Assembly: GCA_963663165.1 (NCBI GenBank)
Contig: OY760175.1
Location: 2,016,001 to 2,080,000 of the forward strand
Direction of reading: 5' to 3'
DNA: 64,000 nt
Source of the DNA: an uncultured Desulfospira sp.
GTDB taxonomy: Bacteria > Desulfobacterota > Desulfobacteria > Desulfobacterales > Desulfobacteraceae
Shown one piece after another: positions 29,455-40,347 of the stretch (position 1 is the stretch's first letter; each line of letters opens with the position of its first letter). A model generated the notes under the pieces. That model had not been told where the DNA came from and did no database searches. It worked only from the letters and a program-made list of their open reading frames with translations. A program made the position numbers and the translations under genes.

Positions 29455-30940
29455 CCGTCATTCTCCTTAATGAACTCTTTATATTTCTCGGCAATTACCA
29501 ACAAATCGTTATCTTCTATCTTTTCGTTCCGGGTCAGGGTTCTTTTAACCCACTCTCCCCGGATACGAAATTTTTCTTCATAGGTTCTGGGTGCCAGGAT
29601 CTCCCGGCCATCCGGGGTGCGTTTGTACAGCCGGTTTCCCCTGCGGTCAATGCCGACTTTGTCGGCTACGGCCATAAAGGCCTTGTACTCTTTGTCTCCA
29701 CCCAAAGCTTCAATCTTTTTTTCCTGGTCATTTTTACGGCGCAAAAACAAAAGACTGGTCAGGATATTAACGTTGGCCTCGGCAATAAAGGCCTCCACAG
29801 GCAGGTCAACAGAGGCAAGGACTTGAGTTTCCCGCATGATCCACCAACGGATGTATTCAGCTGCCGGATTGTCTAAAACCCCGTCCGGCAGAACAATGCC
29901 CATGCGTCCGGTGCCCGGCTTCAGCCATTTGATGCATCGTTCAATAAAAAGGATCTCCGGTGCGACAGCTCCTTTTAGAGTTCCTGTCTTCCGAAAGCCG
30001 CCCTCTCCATCAGATTCCCAGGCATGGCCCAGTTCATACTGTTTTAGGATATGCTCGTCCGTAATGGGGATATCCGAACCAAAAGGCGGATTGGTAGCAA
30101 TGATATCCATGGAACCTAAGGGAATCTCCTTCTGGGCAGCCTTCAAATCATTGAGATGACCCAGGGGAAATTCCAGAGAGTTGATATTATAAAGATGCCC
30201 CCGCCCGTCTCCTGCCAGCACCATATTCATCTGAGCGGCCCGGATCAGGAAAGGATCAAAGTCCGCTCCAAACACTTTGTCTGCCCCGTACTCTTTGAGG
30301 CGTTGATGCACATTAAAAAACTCTATGGTATTTTCATCACCCGCCTGGGTATTCTGCTCATCCCTGAATTTTTTGAGCCAGGCCCAATGCGGCCACCAAA
30401 AACCCGCCGGTCCCGCATGCCGGGTCCAGCAGGGTCTCATCTTCCCCGGGGTCCAGCATGTCAATGACCAGCTTGACCACGCCCCTTGGGATGAAAGACG
30501 GTTTCAAAGCGCTTCTGCTCCTTTTCCACAAAGAAAAAATCCAGGCCGTTGGTCCACAGTCCATATTGAACCGACTCCACAGTGCCCAGGACGGTCTCAA
30601 TATCTTTAAGGTCTTTGGCAGCCTGGTCGTAGTCCCTGATTCGTACAGCATTCTTTCCCGTTTTGGGTTCAGGCCGGCAAATCACGGCACGACTCATATG
30701 TTCAAGTGTATGCTCACACTCATGGTGAAAAATAGCGATATCCACTTTTTTCCGCCCGGCAACAGGAAAATCCAATACCATGTTTTCGGGTGAAAAACCG
30801 TATTCATGAATAAGCGCTCGTGCCACCCGCTGCCGAACGATCTCCTTTTTGCTCTCTTTGATTTGCTTACCGGAAATATAATCCAGTGTATAACCGGCCG
30901 GAATGGTCCGCTCGGGCTGTTTTTTCTTGTCGGAACTCAT
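29451..30940 (-). pseudogene. N6-adenine DNA methyltransferase (HsdM/type IIG-like), broken by deletion and frameshifts
   Basis: Three frames: N-terminal VDIAIF nuclease-like part; IPRGVV...DPACGTGGF; NPPF and EILFIERC...GIVLPDG. Confidence 0.88.
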
Positions 30941-31192
30941 ATGAAACGGCCCCTCAGTGAATACAAAACACGTTCCATATGATTAAACATTATGGCATTG
31001 AAGTTTGCCGCCCCATCTATCTGACATAACATTATAGCAATACCTACCGTTACTGTTCCATTAACAAAAGACCCTGAATCCGACACAAGACCAACCCATC
31101 AAAAATTTATCAGGATATACTAAAATGAGTCGCGGATTACCAGTTCATTTTTTGTGTTGCAAAACACTAAACACTTAGGCTATAGAGGGGCC

Positions 31193-31609
31193 ATGAAAAA
31201 CTTTGGTGATACTATCCGTAACTTAAGGGTTGCACAAGATTTAGGGTTGCGGCAGACCGCTGCCAAGGTGGGAATCTCACCAGCCTATCTCAGTCGAATT
31301 GAAAGAGGCAAGGAACGTCCCCCAAGACCGGAAATCATCAAGGAGCTTGCCAAAGTGCTGGCGGCAGATCCGGATGTGCTGTTCAGGTTGTCGTCTTCAA
31401 CAGATCCAGAGGTTGTGGATTTCCTGAATGAGCAGCCTGAAATCATGTCTCTTTTAAGGTATATTAAAAAGAAAAATTTTTCCCAGGAAGACATCCAAAT
31501 TCTTCTACAGGCTGCAAGAGATATAAAAACAGATATGCCTAGCAGATCCATTTCAAAAATAGAACTGCGCGAATCCTCCATGCTGCCAGGTCAAGGACAT
31601 CCGGGTTGA
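31193..31609 (+). CDS. XRE family HTH transcriptional regulator
   Basis: FGDTIRNLR...LRQTAAKVGISPAYLSRIERG. Confidence 0.88.
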   Translation: MKNFGDTIRNLRVAQDLGLRQTAAKVGISPAYLSRIERGKERPPRPEIIKELAKVLAADPDVLFRLSSSTDPEVVDFLNEQPEIMSLLRYIKKKNFSQEDIQILLQAARDIKTDMPSRSISKIELRESSMLPGQGHPG

Positions 31610-31760
31610 GCTACACGGAGCGGATTGACGCAGTTTTCATAAGGTGCTGAAAAAATCGCCTGATTTCAAAACGACTTACCCGGTGCATAAGCCTGTTGTT
31701 CCAATATCGTTCGTACTTTTTCGGCAAGCAATTGGCACGTCAATAAAGGGATTCAGGCAA

Positions 31761-32193
31761 TTTGTTGGTACCAAGGGTTGCAAAAAGAACCAAGTACCAA
31801 CAAAATGTTGGTATGTCAAAGCTTAACTTGAGTTAACCGAGCACTCAGAAAAACTATGAAGTGAAAATATATTCTTTATTTTTAGTTAGTTAAGGTTAGA
31901 TGAGGGTGGGTAATTTTTAGGTGGTGGTGGAGGAAGCAGAGCCTTGCCCTAATTCGTTCTCCAAACCAAATCATATCCATAAACCCTGTTTATTCAAGAT
32001 CTTACCACACATCAAAATATTTCAAGCTGCCGGACTCCGAGAGAAATTTAATTCTCTACATTTTCCCTAAACAGAGAACGGACGTGGGTTCGATTCCCGT
32101 TGGGATGCCTCCTGTAATCACTCCGCAAACCCGAGTCTGAAAGCGGCAATGTCACAAGTTTTGTCGTGAGTTTGTCGCAAGTTTTTGTCACAG
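31761..32193. other. Putative attachment-site relic (arm-type repeats around a tmRNA/tRNA T-arm-like core)
   Basis: tgttggta repeats at 31761-31813; cggacgtgggttcgattcccg at 32079-32099; tgtcRYRagt repeats at 32150-32193. Confidence 0.5.
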
Positions 32194-32225
32194 CAGATGT
32201 CATAGCTCTGTATCGAAAAACCGGA

Positions 32226-33287
32226 TTATTCACCATCCTTGTTTTCAATTTGTTTCAACAGCCGATCAAAATCACTCTCAAAAAGACGATCCTGAATGAT
32301 ACGGTATTTTTCAAATTCGCTTTCGGCGTGGGCTTTGGCTATTTCCGCCGTTACCTTTCCGGCGTCCTGCAGGATTTCCCGGTCGGTGGCTTCGATGAAT
32401 TTATTCAAACGTATTTCCCAATCCTGCATGGTCATCGGCATCTTGCGCAAGGCCATGTCTTCAGCCACATCCAGGTAGGCGTTCACCAGCCGGGTCAGTT
32501 GTGCCATTTCATTTTCGGTCAGATAATTCTTGGCCACACTGACGTCAAACTTCTGGATTTTACCTTTTGGAGCGTCCTTCCAGGTCGTCAGGCCCATGTG
32601 TTGTTTCTGATGGTCTGCCCGGTCAACGATCACTTCGGCAGCGGTCTGGCCGTGAATGGCCCAATGCAGTTTGTTCTGTACGGTGGCAAAGAACCGTTTG
32701 GTCGCCTGAGCGGTTACGTCATAGTCGATGGAGGTGGCGTAGATATCGGTGATCTTCTGGTAGAACTTGCGCTCGGAAAGGCGGATTTCCCGGATGCGCT
32801 CCAGTTGCTCTTCAAAATATTGTTCAGTGAGGATGGAACCACCGCTTTTTATGCGCTCATCATCCATCACATAAGCCTTGATGGTGTACTCTTTAATGAT
32901 GGTGGTCGCCCATTTACGGAACTGCACAGCACGTTCTGAGTTGACCTTATAACCGACGGCGATGATGGCCGAGAGATTATAGTGCTTGGTGTTGTAGTTT
33001 TTGCCGTCAGCGGCAGTTATTCGAAAATTTCGAATAACTGAATTTTCTTCTAACTCACTGTCGGAAAACACCTTTTTTAGATGGTAATTGATGGTATGAG
33101 TTTCAACGTCGTAGAGAACCCCCATCATTTTCTGGGTCAGCCAGATGTTTTCATCCGCATAAACGGCCTCAACGCCGCCTTGGCCACTTGCCGCAACAAA
33201 AGTCAGATACTCGGCCGCCGAGGACCTGACAATGGAGGTTTCTTTTGCCCCGGTCTTTTGAAGTTGTTTGTTTTTATCCTTCTTCAT
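32226..33287 (-). CDS. rhuM: RhuM family (virulence-associated) DNA-binding protein
   Basis: WLTQKMM, YNLSAIIAVGYKVNSERAVQFRKWA, IREIRLSERKFYQK and AKNYL. Confidence 0.92.
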   Translation of the reverse strand: MKKDKNKQLQKTGAKETSIVRSSAAEYLTFVAASGQGGVEAVYADENIWLTQKMMGVLYDVETHTINYHLKKVFSDSELEENSVIRNFRITAADGKNYNTKHYNLSAIIAVGYKVNSERAVQFRKWATTIIKEYTIKAYVMDDERIKSGGSILTEQYFEEQLERIREIRLSERKFYQKITDIYATSIDYDVTAQATKRFFATVQNKLHWAIHGQTAAEVIVDRADHQKQHMGLTTWKDAPKGKIQKFDVSVAKNYLTENEMAQLTRLVNAYLDVAEDMALRKMPMTMQDWEIRLNKFIEATDREILQDAGKVTAEIAKAHAESEFEKYRIIQDRLFESDFDRLLKQIENKDGE

Positions 33288-33874
33288 TCAACCCCTCCCC
33301 AGTTTTGATACCTGTCCCGGGACCAGCGGAGGTATTTCATCAATTCCCAGCTGACCGATTCGGAATCAAATCGCTCACTGTCAAAGTCTCCACCGGACCA
33401 TTCCATAAAACTTTCGTGTTCTTCGTGATTCGGGTCTTTCAGGGCGTTGCAGAATTCAAAGTAACCGGGAACGCCACCCACATCTTCAGGCGGGCAGGCC
33501 CGTTCACCTTCAAGGCAGGCCAGCTCCGTTCTCAGTTCCGGATTGAAATAACGGCTTTCTTCGAGAATGAGTTCATGCTCCCAGCCGTCCCCGAAATCAT
33601 ACAGATAACGGAAGGTGCGGCCTTTCTGTTTGATCAGATCTCCAAGACGGTGTTTACCGCAGACCAGCCCGTCTTCCTTCGATTCGGGATATTCCGTGTA
33701 GCGTTTATTCCCGATGGTAAACTCGTGCAGATGGCTGTCGGTCCAGCCCATGACAATCTGGATAACATCGTGCAACCGGTCCAGCGAAATGTTAGCCGGC
33801 ACCACGAAACGCCGCCAGATGGCCGGTTCGATATCAAGCAGTTGTATTTTAAGCAGATAAGATCGTTCGTTCAT
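33284..33874 (-). CDS. Plasmid pRiA4b ORF-3 family protein (copy 2)
   Basis: Same motifs and length (196 aa) as copy 1. Confidence 0.92.
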   Translation of the reverse strand: MNERSYLLKIQLLDIEPAIWRRFVVPANISLDRLHDVIQIVMGWTDSHLHEFTIGNKRYTEYPESKEDGLVCGKHRLGDLIKQKGRTFRYLYDFGDGWEHELILEESRYFNPELRTELACLEGERACPPEDVGGVPGYFEFCNALKDPNHEEHESFMEWSGGDFDSERFDSESVSWELMKYLRWSRDRYQNWGGVE

Positions 33875-35229
33875 TTCTTCACTCCATATTTTGACCAGAA
33901 GCTTCGTTTGCGCCCATGGGCCTGAATGATCTGCTCTTTGAAAGCTTCGTGATGATTAAATGCTTTCCAGTCGGCAACGCCTAGCGTCAGCTTGTCCAGC
34001 TTCTTCAGATACCGGATGCCATGGGGATACGCCTTGGTGTACCCACGTTCCAGAATAGAGATAAGCAGACTGCGGTAGATCAGACTGGTAACAAGATGGC
34101 GGTTTTCCGTTTCCATTGTTTCAGCCAGAGAAAGCAGGCTGCCGTAATGGTTGCCATCGAGCTGGCCAGATAGTCCCAAAAGATATTCTTCGGCTTCATC
34201 TATCTTTCCGACTGCAATCAGAAATTCCGCATCAGATTCCCGGAGCTTGTCAGATTTGAGAATCTGCTCAACCTCATCAGCAACCACTTCATCCTTTTTG
34301 TCATGACCGATAACATCCAGAAGCGCCTGCAGGGTTTCGGTGGAATGATAGGATCTGAATTTCTGATACAGGAGGTCCGTCAATTTTTCAGAATTGCCCT
34401 GCTTATGGTAGATCTCTTCAAGCAGCTTATCCCGTTCGTATGCCTGAAAAGTGTCGCCTTCCGGGATTTTCTTCAGCCACGAATGCGCATTTTCAACATC
34501 GCCGCTTTCAAGGTAGACTCGGGAAATATCGACAAGCGCTGCAGAATTTAGCTTTCCCCATGAAGCAATGCGCGTCTTTTCAAACAGCTTTGCATCCTTG
34601 ATCTGGCGGGCCAGTGATTCAATGGATCGTAGATGATGCCGCTTGCCGTATTCATCCTTTTCTTTGTCCGCCCACTTTTGAAGCGTGGCAATCATGTTAC
34701 GGATAATCGATTCAGGCAGACATCCCTCCGCACAATCAATCAAGGCACCCCGGATGCCGTAATTGTCCTTCTGGTTTACCTTGAGAATGATGTCTGCAAC
34801 TTTTTGTTTTTCTTCACATCGTGAGGCATACTCCACAAACAGCTCTTTGGCATCATAGCGGAACACATCGCCAATATTTCCGCTGGAGTCATCACACATC
34901 TCAAAAATGGTGTTGTCGGCCTCGTAAAATGCCGCAACCAGTTCCACGCCGGCAATCGGATCGTCCACGCCGGATTTCAAATCCTGCAACAGCATTTCCA
35001 GTTCCCGTGAGAAACCGGCAGCTCCACGCCAGTCAACAAACCGCCGTGAATGTTTCATACCAGAGAGTTTTTGTTTGAACCGCTGGACATTCTCTTTAGG
35101 CGTGGCAATCAATTGTTCAATCAGATCATCAGCCTCGTCTGAGTGGACAGCAATATTCAATAATGCGTCAGCAAGAGCTTCCGCACCTAAATCGATTAGT
35201 TTTTGTTTTCGGTCACTACCCAATGTCAT
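33871..35229 (-). CDS. Uncharacterised alpha-helical protein (DUF6880-like)
   Basis: LIDLGAEALADALL, CDDSSGNIGDVF and HGRKRSFW motifs. Confidence 0.75.
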   Translation of the reverse strand: MTLGSDRKQKLIDLGAEALADALLNIAVHSDEADDLIEQLIATPKENVQRFKQKLSGMKHSRRFVDWRGAAGFSRELEMLLQDLKSGVDDPIAGVELVAAFYEADNTIFEMCDDSSGNIGDVFRYDAKELFVEYASRCEEKQKVADIILKVNQKDNYGIRGALIDCAEGCLPESIIRNMIATLQKWADKEKDEYGKRHHLRSIESLARQIKDAKLFEKTRIASWGKLNSAALVDISRVYLESGDVENAHSWLKKIPEGDTFQAYERDKLLEEIYHKQGNSEKLTDLLYQKFRSYHSTETLQALLDVIGHDKKDEVVADEVEQILKSDKLRESDAEFLIAVGKIDEAEEYLLGLSGQLDGNHYGSLLSLAETMETENRHLVTSLIYRSLLISILERGYTKAYPHGIRYLKKLDKLTLGVADWKAFNHHEAFKEQIIQAHGRKRSFWSKYGVKK

Positions 35230-35591
35230 GAGGTTTCTCTCTCCAACACAGCGCCTGCATCCTCCAGAATCGCTTTGATTTCGGGGGTCAATCTTCCCTG
35301 TATTTCTGCCGCCTGGGATATCTGTACATACTTGAAAGTGTTGAGATCAAATGGAACCCTGTCACCTGAATCCTGAGGCTCAAACAGATAGATAAGCCGG
35401 TTTTGCTCATGATGCTTGAGTGCGTAGCCTGCTTCCACATACACATTGGGGCGGTGATCGGTCATTTCATAAGGCACCGACACCGCCGCCAGATCGCGCG
35501 GATCGGCAAAGCCCCGGATCACCCGGAAAATACCCAACACGTTTTCGGCAAAATACCCTTCAAACTGGATGTATTGGCGGCCGCGTGACAT
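35226..35591 (-). pseudogene. Probable internally deleted gene; C-terminus resembles nucleoside 2-deoxyribosyltransferase-like fold
   Basis: TDHRPNVYVEAGYA...VPFDL lacks the N-terminal half of that fold and is joined to an unrelated-looking 43-aa leader. Confidence 0.5.
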
Positions 35592-35592
35592 A

Positions 35593-36978
35593 TCAGAAGT
35601 CCTCCACTGAAAGGGTGCCAAGGATGAATTTTTCTACTTTCTTCACTAACGTTTTTCGATTATCAGAAGCTTTTTGTAACAACGCCCTGCTCTCAACTCT
35701 TTTAGATTCAATTATTTTGATAATCTTTTCTTGAACGCTTAAAGGCGGTAGTGGGAACTGTAACGCCATCAGTGCCGGTTTAGATATGTTTTTCATTGTT
35801 GGTGATGCTCCTGTAAGATTGTTTTCAATCTGCCAGCGCAAATGAGGTATTTTTAATATTTCATTCAAGTATTCTGGTAATACTGTTGAATCTTGCTTCC
35901 AGATAACCCGAAACAACTTATCACACAGCATTAGTTTGGGACGGACTTTGCCAACAAGAGCACATGCTCCTACATACTGGGTGATATTTGCGCGGCTAAT
36001 GATGAGGTCTCCGGGTTTCACTTCGTACTGTTCTCTTGGCGTCAGGTTTGGTGGCAGTGCTTTATTCTGCCTCTCATCAAACCATCCGAAGGAAACAGCG
36101 CCAACCTTAAGAACACCCCATTCGTCACCCTCAACTTTCCGGCCTAAACACTTCGGACTCCATCCATTTTGTAAATCCGAAATAACCTCTGAGAGAGAAA
36201 CAACAGGAAAAGGACTTTTTGACAAGTTAGGTTGACATGTCATTTCACGGGCAAGGTTCACACCCCAACGATCGATTTCTTTCCAGAATGAAACAAATGA
36301 CCGTCTTGAATGAGCCTGTTTTAATGGTTTTAAACCTATTTCTAAAACCAAATAATCTGGGATACTGTCACTGATGTTATGAGACAGTTCAGCATGTTTG
36401 TTCGCGTTTATATTTCCCTTCTCCCAATAGCCCACAATTTTTTGCTGAACAGGAAGCGATGGGTAAGGGACTTCTACACTAAGTAAGTTTGTTTCACTAA
36501 TTTCTCCTTTACCTTGTCCTCCTGTTAATATCACAAACTGATTCCTGCAAAAAGACGAACGAAGGGCTAACCAAAGAAATTTGGTGTCAATTTTTTTGTT
36601 GTTGGGAATAAGGGTCCTGAAATGTATAGTAGAACCTATAGTATCATTCCCCTCGACAATACCAATAGCCCCTTTTCGTGCATTGATTTTTGAGACTACA
36701 ATATCACCAAAATAGCCTTTGAACTGCTTCATACGTGTTGCTGTTTTTTTTCCCGAATAGACCTTACCTTCATCAAATGAAATTCGGTCTAATAATAAAA
36801 CAGCCCCTTTTTCTATTTCATCTTTTGTAGCTTCATCGTTTCGAATTGTGACCAATAGGCCCAAGGGTGTTTTTTCCCACGCACAATGATTAACCAGAGA
36901 TAGGTATGCAGAGCGAACATCCCAAAATTGAATAGCGGAAAAATTTGAAGAAAAAACTTTTGAAGAAACAGTACTCAT
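35593..36978 (-). CDS. hsdS: Restriction-modification specificity subunit S
   Basis: Two TRD-like units ending YPSLPVQQKIV and LPPLSVQEKII; GDIVVS/GDLIISR; markedly AT-rich. Confidence 0.88.
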   Translation of the reverse strand: MSTVSSKVFSSNFSAIQFWDVRSAYLSLVNHCAWEKTPLGLLVTIRNDEATKDEIEKGAVLLLDRISFDEGKVYSGKKTATRMKQFKGYFGDIVVSKINARKGAIGIVEGNDTIGSTIHFRTLIPNNKKIDTKFLWLALRSSFCRNQFVILTGGQGKGEISETNLLSVEVPYPSLPVQQKIVGYWEKGNINANKHAELSHNISDSIPDYLVLEIGLKPLKQAHSRRSFVSFWKEIDRWGVNLAREMTCQPNLSKSPFPVVSLSEVISDLQNGWSPKCLGRKVEGDEWGVLKVGAVSFGWFDERQNKALPPNLTPREQYEVKPGDLIISRANITQYVGACALVGKVRPKLMLCDKLFRVIWKQDSTVLPEYLNEILKIPHLRWQIENNLTGASPTMKNISKPALMALQFPLPPLSVQEKIIKIIESKRVESRALLQKASDNRKTLVKKVEKFILGTLSVEDF

Positions 36979-39217
36979 TATTCCGCGCCTCCAACCTCGA
37001 CAAACGCCTCAGGATCAGCCAAAAACTCCCGATACCACTCCAGACAGGTCTTTTCCTCATCCTGCGGTTGGTTGGGCCGGGGGTATAGCTCGTTTCCATC
37101 TTCCTCACCCGTGGCAGTGATGCCGACCTTTTCGGCCTCGTACATAAAGATGGGATAGTCGAAGCGTTCTTTAAGCAACTGGCGGGATTCGACGGTCTTT
37201 TTCTCGTCCATCTCTTTAAGATAGGCGTTCAGCTCTTTTTGCAGCTCTTTGCGCCCTTCGGTATCCTTCTCCTCCTTGGCTTTGGCAATGGCCGTTTCCA
37301 GTCGTGTTGTCTCGGCGTCGATCTCACCCGCGTATTTGTCGTCTATTTCCGTTTTGGCCTGTGCATAGGTCTCATCGAATTTTTGTTTCTGCTCATCCGT
37401 ATATTTTTGCAGAAAAAGGAGGGAACATTTAACGCTGGCCCCGGAACTGACAAAGGTTTCCTGGGGCAGGCTGACCACCGCTTTTAAAAAAGCCCGGTCT
37501 TCTGTAAATTCACGCACATGGGCCAGGGAGGGGTTATTGTATATTCCTTCCGGCAATACAATTCCCATGCGGCCGCCGGGTTTGAGCAGATCCAGACATC
37601 GTTCAATGAAGAGAATTTCGGTTTTGATCTTTCCATAGACGATTTCCCCCTTCTTGCGCGTTTGTTTCGGCAGGGTAAAAGGGAGGCGATGGATTTATTC
37701 ATGGCAGCCTTTACCCTTGCCTGGGCCTCTTCGTATAAATCCCCGTACTCTTCCTTGTAGCGTTTGGCGGCTGCCGGTGTTACGGCAATCTCGCTCTCGG
37801 CAATCTTGTCACTGGGCTCCACATTGGCACCGAATGGCGGATTGGTGAGAATAATATCGAACCGCCCTTCAAAAATCCCGTTTACATTCAGGAATCCGTC
37901 ATGGTGATGCACACCGCCGTGGCCGTCTCCATGCATGATCATGTTCATCTTGCTGGTGCGGGCCATGCGGTCATTGGCGTCGGTACCATAGATACGGCGG
38001 TTGGAAAGCTTCCACATGCGCGAGCCTTCGTTGCGCTGGTCGATGGTTTTTTGGATCTCATCAAATTTTTTGCGTAATTGGACTGCTTTTTCTTCTTCAC
38101 TCAGCTTTTTGTCTTTGGTGAGTTTTTCCTTGAACACGTTATACTGCCGGTCTGCATCGGCCAGGATCTGTTCCCGGACCATTTCAAAGACACGAATCAG
38201 AAAACCGCCGGAGCCGCTGGCCGGGTCACAGACAATTTCACCCTCTTTGGGGTCGATCATGTGAACCATGAATTCGACAATGGAGCGCGGGGTGAAAAAC
38301 TGCCCGATCTCACCCCGGAAGGTACGTCCGAGAAACCGCTCAAACGCCACCCCCTTGATATCTTCACTGGTATCGGAGAGGTTGTATTTTTCCAGCAGGC
38401 GAACAATTTCCGTTCCGGTGGCAGGCTTCAGGTTGATGCGCTCATCATCCTCAAAGATTTTGTCCGTGGAATAGGCCTGCTTGGTCTGTTGAAACAACCA
38501 GTCCAGCGGATTGTCTCCCAACTGCTCTTCGAGATAATCAACACTGAACAGGTTCTTGCGTTTGCGTTTTTTGTTCAGTTCCCGTTCCACCCAGACTTTT
38601 ACAAACAGGATCTTGGCGATTTCATCAAAGGCGGCGGCCGGATCTTTCTTTTCCCGGTTACGGATCACGTTATGGCACTGGTGCAGAAGGTCGGCAAATT
38701 CCTTCTCTTTAAATACGCGAAGCTTGGATAACAGCTCTTTAATCTCTTTATCCGACGCATCGGCATGGGGGATGTTTTCGATCTCCTCTATATAACCGGG
38801 CATTTTGTCTTTTTTGACACGCCAGAATTTGGTTTCCCGCGAGTTATGCGTCACAAAAAAAGGCGCATCGGCGATGCGGGCATAGTTTTCACCCTGAGCA
38901 TAGTCCGCCGCTTTGATCGTCACATTATCGGCCTTGCATTCAATGATAATAAACGGTGCTTTCTGATCAGCCTTGTCTTTAGCGGTGCGCCAGATAATGA
39001 AGTCTGCCCGTGCCTGGGCGCTGCCCCGGCCTGTGACATTGACTTCCTCATCAATCTGATCCAGAGAATAGCCGTATTCGTCAATCAGGACGGTCAGGTA
39101 TTGCTGCCTTACCTCTTCTTCCGGCGTCAACGTCAACCATTTTTTACGTACCGGGCTGAAAATCTTGTTTCCCTCAATCCGAACCTCATCCGCCTTTTTA
39201 TATTTTTTCCCTGCCAT
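36978..39217 (-). CDS. N6-adenine DNA methyltransferase with N-terminal HsdR_N-like nuclease domain; one frameshift at ~37677-37680
   Basis: TPEEEVRQ...RADFII...IIECKA; GQFFTPR, DPASGSGGF, NPPF; restoring one T joins IASL(F)TLPK...KTEILFIERCLDLLKPGGRMGIVLPEG. Confidence 0.88.
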
Positions 39218-39230
39218 AATCTCGCGTTCC

Positions 39231-39929
39231 TTAATCCAAAATCTTTCCGTTTTCCATAAAACTGTAATAGCATTCCCGCCCGATAATAATGTGGTCCTGA
39301 AGAATGATTTCCAAAACCTCAGCCGCCTGCTTCATTTTTTGAGTTGTCTCGATATCCTGTGGCGATGGGGTTACTTCACCAGAAGGGTGATTGTGAACCA
39401 CAACAACAGCACTGGCCGAAAGCCTCAGGGCCTCTTCCATGACTTTCCGTGTATAGACAACGGATTGCGTCGGAATACCCTCCGAAATAATCCGTTCCGC
39501 TAAAAGCTTGTTTTGCCCGTCAAGCAGAAAAACCAGAAATTGTTCGTGTCGCTGACTTTCAAACTTCGGATAGCAATACCGGGCAATAGCACCCGCCGAA
39601 TCAAATGAAACCGGTTTCACATCCAGCCTTCGGACACGTTTGCCGATCTCGACAGCTGCCTTTAGCTGCGCTGTTTTTGCCAAACCCAGCCCTTTGATCT
39701 GCATGATATCTTCAGCGTGTGCCCGATCAATTCCCTGAAGTCCTCCCAGTTTGGCTATTAGCTCTCTTCCAACATCAATAGCAGATGCCCCCTCATTGCC
39801 GATGCGCAGCAGAATAGCCAGCAACTCTGCGTCGGTCAGCAATTCAGCTCCAAACTGAATCAGCTTTTCTCTGGGACGCTCGCCCTCAGGCCATTGTTTT
39901 ATTGAAAGATTATGGGGTTTTTTAGTCAT
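39231..39929 (-). CDS. radC: RadC family JAB-domain protein
   Basis: ERPREKL, ELLAILL and HNHPSG...PSPQD...DHIIIG. Confidence 0.93.
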   Translation of the reverse strand: MTKKPHNLSIKQWPEGERPREKLIQFGAELLTDAELLAILLRIGNEGASAIDVGRELIAKLGGLQGIDRAHAEDIMQIKGLGLAKTAQLKAAVEIGKRVRRLDVKPVSFDSAGAIARYCYPKFESQRHEQFLVFLLDGQNKLLAERIISEGIPTQSVVYTRKVMEEALRLSASAVVVVHNHPSGEVTPSPQDIETTQKMKQAAEVLEIILQDHIIIGRECYYSFMENGKILD

Positions 39930-40134
39930 TCAGATTCCCCAGTTCTTTCTGTGTTGCGCAAAAGGAATTGAACTGCTTAAGTGCCAGCTTGGATGGTAAT
40001 GTTTTTCCATTTTCCCACCGGTTGACAGTGGCAAAACTCACACCAATCGCATGGGCAAGGTCTTCCTGACTCAGGTTCAGCTGACTGCGTACCTTTTTTA
40101 CACGTTCAGAAAAAGGTTCTGATTCTATGGTCAT
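39922..40134 (-). CDS. XRE family HTH regulator (controller-like)
   Basis: LSQEDLAHAIGVSFATVNRWENGK; RBS aaggtgg. Confidence 0.88.
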   Translation of the reverse strand: MTIESEPFSERVKKVRSQLNLSQEDLAHAIGVSFATVNRWENGKTLPSKLALKQFNSFCATQKELGNLND

Positions 40135-40195
40135 TGCGCCACCTTGATTCTTTTTTGATGCAAAATTTACCTCGATCTTCAACTTTATTAAAGAC

Positions 40196-40223
40196 GTTAT
40201 AACATTTGCTATGGCACGTGCAA
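40196..40223 (-). promoter_or_regulatory. Putative sigma-70 promoter of the XRE-radC-RM operon
   Basis: TTGCAC-N16-TATAAC with TGn extended -10 on the minus strand. Confidence 0.5.
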
Positions 40224-40347
40224 GAATTTTGTGCAACAGCCGCACTTCGATTTTTTCACTCAATCAAAAAAAGATTTAACAGTTACCGACACGTTCTCCG
40301 TTTCTCCGGTAAGTAAGGCCCAGGTAACCTGAACACAGGAGAAAACT

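Noticed and set aside
31925..31933. tggtggagg as a direct att repeat of the ssrA 3' end
   Set aside because: A 9-bp match is too short to separate from chance
32079..32110. tRNA gene
   Set aside because: Only a T-arm-like segment; no acceptor stem, D arm, anticodon arm or CCA
32166..33925. Long + strand ORFs (257 and 226 aa)
   Set aside because: Antisense shadows of rhuM and the pRiA4b ORF-3 gene
40212..40227. Sigma-54 promoter at tggcacgtgcaag
   Set aside because: No TTGC-like -12 element at the required spacing; better explained by a minus-strand sigma-70 promoter
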